Shown: piece by piece, positions 51,889 through 59,494 of the stretch
Layout: each line of letters opens with the position of its first letter
How positions within the stretch are numbered: position 1 is the stretch's first letter
Source of the DNA: Candidatus Poribacteria bacterium
GTDB lineage: Bacteria > Poribacteria > WGA-4E > WGA-3G
Assembly (NCBI GenBank): GCA_963665235.2
Contig: CAXXLX010000001.1
Span: forward strand, 4,256,001-4,320,000
Length of the DNA: 64,000 nucleotides
Direction of reading: 5' to 3'
The notes under the pieces: generated by a model
Seen by the model: the letters and a program-made list of their open reading frames with translations, nothing else
What the model was told of the DNA's origin: nothing
The model's database searches: none
Program-made: the position numbers and the translations under genes

Positions 51889-53001
51889 CTAGTTCGCTTC
51901 CCATGGCGGTATGTCCCCAACTGGGGGTGGGGCAGGGAATCGGCTGGAGACATCGACCGGTTTTCGGAGCTCAGACGATTCAATAATCCGTTCGCAAACC
52001 TCTAGGACATGCCGAGCTTGGGCACCGTTGCAACGGGGTGCGCGATTGTTTCTAATTGCGTCTGCGAAATCGGCTACGCCTTTTCCCCAATCAAGTCCCG
52101 TATATGCCTTCGCTGGAGAGGGTTCGTCTGTCCAGCTGGTTTTTGCTGTGAATTTTTTGATGCCGCGGCCATCATCGTGCGCCTGAATTGAGAATCCACC
52201 ATGGGTGCCATGTATCTCATAAGGCGGAATGTGTGAGGTTACGGTGAAGCTGTGATAGATAAATCCATGGGCTGCTTGCGCTTCCGGTTGGTCAAATTCA
52301 AGGACAGCAAACCCGTGGTCCTTTTCAGTCACCTCAAATTCGGTACCTTGACGCGGGCCTTGGTGTAATGTCCGCTTAGGGACAGCAACTCTGGCAAATC
52401 CGTGAACTGTCTTCACAGGTGCAATCATCGTTGTCATTGCGGTTAAGGGATAAGGGGCAACATCTCGAAATGGACCTGCATGTATCAAAAATGCGTCGGC
52501 ATTTGGGTGCCAATATTCTAAGGGGCCCCCGAAGTTGCCAAGTGTTGAAATGACGGTCCCAATTTCGCCATCACGTATCCGTCTCCAGACGTTCTGCTGG
52601 ACGTACCCAAGTATGGCGGAGGGGGCACACGCTAATTTCAATTCCATAGCTTCGGCGGTTTCGACGAGTTCGTTGGCTTCATCGGTGCGGATAGAAATCG
52701 GTTTCTCTGAATAGACATGCTTTCCGGCTTTCAAGGCTGCAAGCGAGATGGGATAATGTGAGATGTGGATGGTCAAATTGACAATTGCTTCTACGTTTGC
52801 ATCCTCTAGAACGGCTTCAAAGGATGGATAGACTTTTCCACCGTTTCTCTCAGCGAGTGCTGATGCCCGTGCTTTGTCCTGGTCATAAAAGCCGACCAAT
52901 TCGATATGGTTTGGATATGCTTGGCAGCGGGGCTGATAACCGCCAGCTGCAATCATGCCGCATCCGACAATAACGGTTCGGAGCGGGGTTGTATTAGCCA
53001 T
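51889..53001 (-). CDS. Gfo/Idh/MocA oxidoreductase
   Basis: IVGCGMIA, AGKHVYSEKP and WHPN motifs. Confidence 0.9.
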   Translation of the reverse strand: MANTTPLRTVIVGCGMIAAGGYQPRCQAYPNHIELVGFYDQDKARASALAERNGGKVYPSFEAVLEDANVEAIVNLTIHISHYPISLAALKAGKHVYSEKPISIRTDEANELVETAEAMELKLACAPSAILGYVQQNVWRRIRDGEIGTVISTLGNFGGPLEYWHPNADAFLIHAGPFRDVAPYPLTAMTTMIAPVKTVHGFARVAVPKRTLHQGPRQGTEFEVTEKDHGFAVLEFDQPEAQAAHGFIYHSFTVTSHIPPYEIHGTHGGFSIQAHDDGRGIKKFTAKTSWTDEPSPAKAYTGLDWGKGVADFADAIRNNRAPRCNGAQARHVLEVCERIIESSELRKPVDVSSRFPAPPPVGDIPPWEAN

Positions 53002-53113
53002 TTTGCTTCTCCTTTTTTTTAGTCCTATACAGCATACCAGTTTTTCAACTAGAGGTCAAGAAGAAAATTAGCTCACTAGCGATTGGCAAGATGTTGTGAT
53101 TCTAATGAGGAAC

Positions 53114-53444
53114 AAGACTTACGCAGCGCGTTGATAAATCCTTCTGATAGTGGGATTTAGAGGGAGTCCTAGCGGGCGGGGGGACCCCGCCCAGAGGAGC
53201 GGGAAACTGTTTGCCCGAATACTGAGGGGCCTGCTAAATTTGCGTAAGTCCTGATTATGTTATACCATTTTTATTAATTATTCTATCATTACCGGTTGTT
53301 GGAAATGAAACGGAGAACGGAAGACACAAACTGGAAGTTTATGCTACGATAAAGAACACAAACTGGAAGTTTATGCTACGATAAAGAACACAAACTGGAA
53401 GTTTATGCTACAAGAAAGAGACATTTTCAATTAGAAATGGTATA
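53114..53444. repeat. Two adjacent MITE/REP elements
   Basis: 53114-53253 has GACTTACGCA termini, with a partial inverted copy at ~27060-27142. 53261-53444 is homologous to 44399-44804. Confidence 0.7.
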
Positions 53445-53514
53445 ACTAGTCATAATGGGATGGAGGCTGCCTGAGGAATATCGGCAGCCTCTTCTGATTT
53501 GTAACCGAACTTAA

Positions 53515-53656
53515 ACTCTGGGTCGAGAGAGTGTGTTATCATAATGATTAGGTCGCAGGTTCGAGCCCTGCCAGCAGTCTGAGCATGTGTCATGTGAAGC
53601 CTACTGTAGCTCAGTGGAAGAGCAAATCAAAATGCATTCCAATCCTTATCCAGAGT
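53515..53656 (+). ncRNA. yrlA: YrlA-like Y RNA, module A1
   Basis: Terminal stem ACTCTGGGTCGAG / CTTATCCAGAGT with bulged C. T-arm GCAGGTTCGAGCCCTGC precedes D-arm TAGCTCAGTGGAAGAGC (permuted tRNA order). rsr is nearby. Confidence 0.88.
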
Positions 53657-53665
53657 CGCATTTGT

Positions 53666-53740
53666 GCGGGCCGAAGTATTGTGTTATCCTCCGTTTACTC
53701 TCGGGGCCGGAATCCCGAGCGCAATACACACCTTGTCCGC
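53666..53740 (+). ncRNA. Short Y RNA-like module B1
   Basis: GCGGGC-C-GA / TTGTCCGC Ro-type stem, upper stem GTATTGTG/CGCAATAC, internal hairpin CTCGGGG/TCCCGAG. Confidence 0.75.
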
Positions 53741-53762
53741 CATGAAGAAATATTTTTTTAAT

Positions 53763-53792
53763 TTGACAACAGACACCTAAATGTGATATAAT
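53763..53792 (+). promoter_or_regulatory. Consensus sigma70 promoter upstream of Y RNA pair 2
   Basis: TTGACA-18bp-TATAAT. Confidence 0.7.
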
Positions 53793-53793
53793 A

Positions 53794-53945
53794 ACCCAAG
53801 TTGCTACTTATAAGTTTTTAGACCTGGAAACACCGTCTTTAATGAAAATATGCTGATAATTAGCTAATATTTGTCCGGTTCACTTCCAATTCGCACACAA
53901 ATATGCACAATCTGGAAGATTATGCTACTATGTGGCAACTTAGGT
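53794..53945. mobile_element. 152-bp MITE (inverted copy of 19156-19307)
   Basis: TIRs and 7-bp TSD TATAATA. Confidence 0.85.
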
Positions 53946-54030
53946 TATAATATATAATTGCTGTATGAAAATGGATGTGCGCTGCCTAAGAAATATTGGC
54001 AGAGCCTCCTGATTCGAAGCCCAACTTAAA

Positions 54031-54157
54031 CTCTGGGTCGCGAGAGTGTGTTACCCCAGCGCAGGTTCGACTCCTGCCAGTAGACCAAGCTTCATGCGAA
54101 GCCTACTGTAGCTCAGTGGTAGAGCAAAACTTCAACGCATTCTGTTCTTATCCAGAG
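54031..54157 (+). ncRNA. yrlA: YrlA-like Y RNA, module A2
   Basis: CTCTGGGTCG / TTATCCAGAG stem, T-arm at 54061-54077, acceptor-like CAGTAG/CTACTG, D-arm TAGCTCAGTGGTAGAGC. Confidence 0.88.
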
Positions 54158-54167
54158 CCATATTTGT

Positions 54168-54225
54168 GCGGGCCGAAGTATTGTGTTATCTTTGAAAGAG
54201 CATTCGCAATACACATCTTGCCCGC
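54168..54225 (+). ncRNA. Short Y RNA-like module B2
   Basis: GCGGGCCGAAG ... CTTGCCCGC with upper stem GTATTGTG/CGCAATAC. Confidence 0.75.
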
Positions 54226-54273
54226 CACCGATTTATAACTGAAGAATTTAAGGTGAAAATATAGGGAGGAACA

Positions 54274-54504
54274 ATGAAAACGTTTTCGATACAAACACTT
54301 ATCGCGCTATTCCTCATCAGCGGCATACATTTTGTTTTCGCAGATTGTCCTGATGAGCAACTAAAGGCTGAAGGTTCGTTTTTCATCAATGAAGCGGATG
54401 AGGCCTATATCTACGGGCAGGCTTCAGTAAGCAATCTCACCTATTGGCCCGCCAAGAACATTGAGCAAGCCCATTGGCCCGCCCTTCTCTTTAAGAGAGC
54501 TTAG
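54274..54504 (+). CDS. Small secreted hypothetical protein or gene fragment
   Basis: GGAGG RBS and signal-peptide-like N-terminus. Probably truncated or frameshifted. Confidence 0.4.
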   Translation: MKTFSIQTLIALFLISGIHFVFADCPDEQLKAEGSFFINEADEAYIYGQASVSNLTYWPAKNIEQAHWPALLFKRA

Positions 54505-54662
54505 ATTAGTAGTGACCACTCCGTCAGTTGCTGGCACTACTATGAAAAAGAAAAAGAGACTTTCACCGTTTATTGGGCATACCGGCTGGTTGTCGATGAG
54601 GATGCACGGTATCAGGCGAATCCGCGATATGGTCCTATGATTCTGCTGTAGGAGAAAAAACA

Positions 54663-55637
54663 ATGCGCACCCTTTTTATTATCAGCATACTCTTCATCAG
54701 TATCGTGCCCGTTGCCTCCGCAAAAATCGTGTGGATGGCGTTCTGGGAAATCTGTGTCATGGACGATGATGGCAGCAACCGCCAAAGATTGACACATAAT
54801 GATCGCTATGACACGAAACCACGCTGGTCACCCAATGGAAAGTGGATCGTTTTTCAGGGCGAACAACCTAAGGAAACCAATGAACAAAATCATGATCTGT
54901 TCCTCATGAATATAGATGGAACACAGATACGGAAACTTACCACCTACACAGGGCTTGATGTAAATCCAGACTGGTCCCCCGATAGTCAACACATAGTCTT
55001 TACAAGTACGCGAGGTGATGTGACGAGTCTTCATATCCTGGATGTTGAGACACAAGATGTCCGCGACCTCACGCGCACCCTAAAGGGGCAGGCCGCGGAT
55101 AGCGCGGCTTGGTCTCATGATGGGAAACAGATTGCCTATGTAGGCAAGACTCTAAACCCCTTCACATCCGCCATCTACATCATAGGGGCAGATGGTAAAA
55201 ACCCACGTGCCCTCTTCCGCCCCGTGGTTGCACAGTACCATTCTCCCGACTGGTCGCCGGATGGGAAACATATTCTGTATGGCGAAAAAAAAGCCGTAGG
55301 CAAAATGCGGATTTCAGATAAAATCGTCATTCGCACCGTTAATGGGAATTTGGTAAAGGAATTAGAAATGCCGGCGCTTGCGAAATGGTCAATACAAGCC
55401 GCTTGTTGGATGGGGACGAAACATGTTCTCATTGATGCCATAGAAGACTTCAAAGCCGCTGATGGGGGGCAGAGTGATATCTATCGGTATACACTATCCA
55501 CCGATGAAATCGTCAATCTCACGAAATCAGATAGAACTAACGACGGTTTTCCGGATTGGATAGATGATGGGGCACTAGCTGTTTCTCCTGTGAGCAAACT
55601 CGCCATCCGATGGGCACAACTCAAGCAAATCCATTAA
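54663..55637 (+). CDS. Secreted TolB-like (PD40) beta-propeller protein
   Basis: Repeated P.WSPDG..I.F units. C-terminal VSPVSKLAIRWAQLK. Confidence 0.88.
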   Translation: MRTLFIISILFISIVPVASAKIVWMAFWEICVMDDDGSNRQRLTHNDRYDTKPRWSPNGKWIVFQGEQPKETNEQNHDLFLMNIDGTQIRKLTTYTGLDVNPDWSPDSQHIVFTSTRGDVTSLHILDVETQDVRDLTRTLKGQAADSAAWSHDGKQIAYVGKTLNPFTSAIYIIGADGKNPRALFRPVVAQYHSPDWSPDGKHILYGEKKAVGKMRISDKIVIRTVNGNLVKELEMPALAKWSIQAACWMGTKHVLIDAIEDFKAADGGQSDIYRYTLSTDEIVNLTKSDRTNDGFPDWIDDGALAVSPVSKLAIRWAQLKQIH

Positions 55638-55659
55638 GACAGTATCACAACTAAGAAGG

Positions 55660-56103
55660 TTGATTAACAGTAGCAAAAAATCTGTGTTTTTCAGAACATA
55701 AGCTTATGTTACTAAACCTTTTAGGCAATTAAACGTCTAAATTAATGTTTTACATCTGAATGTTCCGCGTTGTGAGTTGTGTTACTTAAACACCATGTAC
55801 AGAGTGCTTAGCGGGCATCCGCCCAATGTTTGCCTGGGTGGGCACAACCTCTGACAACGAAAGTAGCGAAAACCAAGCTTTGATGGAAATAGCAGGCGGA
55901 AATTGTGATAAAAACCTGCTTGGTAGTGTGACTTCGAAGCACGTAAAAAACATCGAACCTTCACAGAAGAAGCAATAAGCGTTCGCTGCCTTGTGTAGCG
56001 AACTTTGGGAGATGACCCCTGGCTGTATTCGTACAGCTTGCAAAACGTGTGTGGAAGTGAAATACATAGTATTCCACGGAAATATACAGTTTAATATCAT
56101 CGG
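55660..56103 (+). ncRNA. Large structured ncRNA, copy 1 (ROOL-like candidate)
   Basis: Duplicated at 56487-57422 with compensatory changes in at least two helices. No credible ORF. The ROOL assignment is from recalled motifs only. Confidence 0.75.
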
Positions 56104-56208
56104 TAACTGATGCCAACACTCACCCAACTGCGCGATGATGCGTTTTCAGCGTCCCAAGAGGCACATAACCGCATGAAACGGGAGATGGCTATCTACAAAA
56201 ATGAACTT

Positions 56209-56340
56209 AATTCTGGGTCGCGGGGATGTGTTACCGGGTCGCAGGTTCGACTCCTGCCAGTAGACCGAGCGTCATGCGAAGCCTACTGTAGCTCAGTGGT
56301 AGAGCACAATATTCAACGCATTCTGTTCTTATCCAGAATT
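56209..56340 (+). ncRNA. yrlA: YrlA-like Y RNA, module A3
   Basis: AATTCTGG/CCAGAATT terminal stem, compensatory relative to A1. T-arm then D-arm. Confidence 0.88.
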
Positions 56341-56347
56341 TTATTTG

Positions 56348-56433
56348 GCGGGCCGAAGTCCTACGTTAACTGCCCGTATAGTAATACACAAAGTGTATCT
56401 ATACTTAAATATCGTAGTACACACCTTGCCCGC
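56348..56433 (+). ncRNA. Short Y RNA-like module B3
   Basis: GCGGGCCGAAG ... CTTGCCCGC with a long internal hairpin GTATAG..ATACAC/GTGTAT CTATAC. Confidence 0.75.
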
Positions 56434-56472
56434 TGCCTTAAAAAAACGTTAAAAATATAAACCAAACTTAAA

Positions 56473-57519
56473 CTCTGGGTCGAGGATTGATTAACAGTAG
56501 CAAAAAACCTCTATTTTTCTAGGAACATAAGCTTATGTTCCTAAACCTTTTTGAGAACTTGACATACTCTCCCAGCTAAAGCAAGGGAGATTCTTTTAAA
56601 AAGTTCCGCTACGCGTTAGCTATTGGATTGTGGTTTTCAGACGTGTGAACGTCAACGGAGATGCTTGGGCTGTTCCAAGTCTTACTGCCCCTAACTCAAA
56701 GGAATGCCCTTCGTGCTTCGCACCTTCTTTATGCGTTGTGAATCAGTGCTTTGGTATCCAATGCAGCATGACCCGTCTTTTGGATACCGAAAGCATTGCA
56801 CAAAAATGTGGATATTGACTGGGTATCGCCAGAACATCAGCACACAACCCTACCATAGGTTGAGGTTCGGAACTTCAACATTGGTGGCGTTGAAGGTGGT
56901 AATCCGAACCACTGATGATATATATATTATACCACATTTTAATGCAAAAGTCAAATTAAAATTTTAGCTCATGCGCCGCTACTACATCCCCCAGCTAAAG
57001 CACGGGGGTTTTGTAGCGGAAGACTTGATAAATTTATGTTTTTAATGTTTTACATCTGAATGTTCCGCGTTGTGAGTCGTGTTACTTAAACACCATGTAC
57101 AGAGTGCTTAGCGGGCATCCGCTCAATGTTTGCCTGGGTGGGCATGACCTCTGACAACGAAAGTAGCGAAAACCAAGCTTTGATGGAAATGAGAGGGCAA
57201 AGAAAACGTGAAAAAACCTCTCTGGTAGTGTGACTTCGAAGCACAATAAAAACCTCGAATATTCACAGTATAAGCGTTCGTTGCCTTGTGTAGCGAACTT
57301 TGGGAGATGACCCCTGGCTGTATTTATACAGCTTGCAAAACGTGTATGGAAGTGAAATACCTAGTGTTCCACAGGCTTCAGGCTACAAGCCTGCTCTTCA
57401 ATATACAGTTTAATATCATCGGCGCACATCATCGGAAGCAAGCAGGTTCGACCCCTGCCGGCGCACTTGTGTTTGACGCGCAAGTTTGCCGAGCAATGTC
57501 CGCTGTTTCTTATCCAGAG
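56473..57519 (+). ncRNA. Y RNA module A4 enclosing copy 2 of the large ncRNA and a T-arm
   Basis: 5' strand CTCTGGGTCGAG at 56473 and 3' strand CTTATCCAGAG at 57509-57519. They flank the large RNA (56487-57422) and GCAGGTTCGACCCCTGC (57442-57458). Confidence 0.7.
56559..57027 (-). mobile_element. Non-autonomous IS200/IS605-family element inside large ncRNA copy 2
   Basis: Hairpins CTCCCAGCTAAAGCAAGGGAG and CCCCCAGCTAAAGCACGGGGG. On the minus strand it follows TTTAT and ends TCAA. Removal restores the palindrome AACATAAATTTATGTT. Confidence 0.82.
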
Positions 57520-57528
57520 ACACATTTG

Positions 57529-57593
57529 GCGGGCCGAAGTCCTACGTTAACCTATATTTATCCCATATAACCCGTAGGACACACCTTGCCCGC
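57529..57593 (+). ncRNA. Short Y RNA-like module B4
   Basis: GCGGGCCGAAG ... CTTGCCCGC with upper stem GTCCTACG/CGTAGGAC. Ends 21 nt before the rsr ATG. Confidence 0.78.
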
Positions 57594-57614
57594 TACATTT
57601 CAAAAGGTGACATC

Positions 57615-59261
57615 ATGAGCTATTTAGGGAAATATTCTCCATTGCATCCACATCAGCGGCAGCCGTTGGACGAAAAACAGGTCCAAAATTCTGCCGGCGG
57701 ATACGCCTATCCTGTCTCTATCTGGACAAACTTAGACCGGTTTCTCATTTTAGGGACCGAAGGCGGCTCCTATTACGCCACAGAACAGGATTTGACGAAG
57801 GTCAATGTCGATGCTGTCAAGCAGTGCATTGCCGAGGATGGGGTTCAAGTTGTTGAGCGGATACGTGAGATTTCTGTCTCCGGGCGCGCCCCGAAAAATG
57901 ACCCCGCATTATACGCACTAGCCCTTGCCTTTACCCATGGCGATACGGCAACGAAACGAAAAGTGGAAGAGGTCTTCTGTGATGTCGCACGTATCGGCAC
58001 ACACCTATTCAACTTTGTGGTGTTTGTAGACGGTATGCGTGGCTGGGGCAGGTCGCTACGCCGATTAGTCGGCAACTGGTACCGCACGAAGGACGATAAC
58101 ACCTTGGCGTATCAGGTCCTGAAATATCAATCTCGGAACAGTTGGCGGCATGCGGATGTCCTTGCAAAGTGCCACTACGGTGAAAACCGGGGCATCTACC
58201 GTTGGATAAAAGGGCTTGACACGGATAAGCGTATTGTGCATCGCACCCTACAAAATGAAGAAAAGACAGCTACCGTTTACGAGGCCACCGACGCTTTGCC
58301 TGAATTGCTCGCCGGATATGAGGACCTGAAACGCACAGAGAAACGCGTGGATGTTATCCAGCTCATTGAGAAACATCAATTCACCCACGAAATGGTGCCG
58401 AACGAGTGGAAAAATGAAACGGAAGTATGGGCGGCGTTGCTACAGAACATGCCCGTTATGGCAACGGTGCGAAACCTCGGTAAGATGACGCAAATCGGGT
58501 TGTTGAAACCTTTTGGAGCAGAGGTTCAAACCGTGCTAGAAAGACTCTCCGCTGAGGCGATTCAACGTTCGCGCATCCATCCTATCCAAATCCTTATGGC
58601 GTTGATAACATACAAGGCAGGTAAGGGAGTGAGAGGCAGCTTAACCTGGGAGCCCGTGCCGCAGATTGTTGATGGGTTGGACGCTGCGTTTTATATGGCG
58701 TTCGATAACGTTGAACCGAGCCAAAAGAACACGCTCCTAGCACTTGATGTCTCTGGGTCAATGGCAGGCAGAACTGTGGCAGGATGTGAAGGCTTAACAC
58801 CGCGTAATGCGTCCGCTGCCATGGCACTCGTAACCGCACGCACGGAACCGCATTATCATATCTTCGGGTTTTCAGAAGGTTTTGTGACCCTGCCGATTAC
58901 AGCAAACGATACGTTGGATAGTGCTATTAAAGCTGTCTCTGGATTGCCCTTTGATGGCACCGATTGCGCTCTCCCCATGCTGTATGCATTGGAACATAAA
59001 CTACAGATAGACACCTTCGTCATCTATACAGATAATGAAACGTGGTATGGCGACATTCATCCGAAAACAGCATTGGACAACTATCGGCAAAAGATGGGGC
59101 GACCCGCAAAGTGTGCTGTTGTCGGGATGGTGGCGAACGACTTCTCTATCGCTGACCCAGAGGATGCGGGCATGCTCGATTTTGTCGGGTTTGATACCGC
59201 TACACCTGCATTGCTCAGTGATTTCGCTAAAGATGCAGACATCTCCGATGAAACGGCGTAA
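57615..59261 (+). CDS. rsr: Ro60/TROVE-domain RNA-binding protein with vWA domain
   Basis: NSAGGY, LDRFLILGTEGGSYY, GWGRSLRR, KYQSR..W.H.D, RIHP, DVSGSM (MIDAS), YTDNETW and GFD motifs. Start at ATG after AAGGTGA. Confidence 0.95.
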   Translation: MSYLGKYSPLHPHQRQPLDEKQVQNSAGGYAYPVSIWTNLDRFLILGTEGGSYYATEQDLTKVNVDAVKQCIAEDGVQVVERIREISVSGRAPKNDPALYALALAFTHGDTATKRKVEEVFCDVARIGTHLFNFVVFVDGMRGWGRSLRRLVGNWYRTKDDNTLAYQVLKYQSRNSWRHADVLAKCHYGENRGIYRWIKGLDTDKRIVHRTLQNEEKTATVYEATDALPELLAGYEDLKRTEKRVDVIQLIEKHQFTHEMVPNEWKNETEVWAALLQNMPVMATVRNLGKMTQIGLLKPFGAEVQTVLERLSAEAIQRSRIHPIQILMALITYKAGKGVRGSLTWEPVPQIVDGLDAAFYMAFDNVEPSQKNTLLALDVSGSMAGRTVAGCEGLTPRNASAAMALVTARTEPHYHIFGFSEGFVTLPITANDTLDSAIKAVSGLPFDGTDCALPMLYALEHKLQIDTFVIYTDNETWYGDIHPKTALDNYRQKMGRPAKCAVVGMVANDFSIADPEDAGMLDFVGFDTATPALLSDFAKDADISDETA

Positions 59262-59264
59262 ACC

Positions 59265-59370
59265 TGTACTGCCATCGGATATTCGGGCCACCCTCTAAAC
59301 CAAGATTGTGATGTAATAACAATCTAAGTGAAAGGAGTATCCAATGGCGAAACGAAAACGAAGAACCTTT
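59265..59370 (+). mobile_element. IS3-family left-end remnant
   Basis: About 100 bp nearly identical to 28244-28350, including the start of orfA (MAKRKRRTF). Confidence 0.75.
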
Positions 59371-59494
59371 GGAATTTCAACGACAACACTTGTCTTAACT
59401 TTGCTAATTTTTGGTCTGAATAACCGTTAGCAGGACAAATGTCTTTCACACCTTATCCTCCAAACAACCCGTTCCTGATGGGGCCCTCTTTTTA

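Noticed and set aside
55660-56103. Group I or group II intron
   Set aside because: I could not identify group I P7 core motifs or a group II GUGYG start and domain V, and copy 1 interrupts no evident host gene. Not excluded without cmsearch.
53515-56340. Canonical tRNA genes
   Set aside because: The T-arm precedes the D-arm, there is no closed anticodon loop, and each unit is enclosed by a Ro-type stem. This fits YrlA-type Y RNAs.
53996-57570. Short ORFs over the RNA array (53996, 55786, 56110, 56704, 57286) and the 57486 start for rsr
   Set aside because: They overlap structured RNA or IS sequence, are not conserved in frame between copies, and lack recognisable domains.
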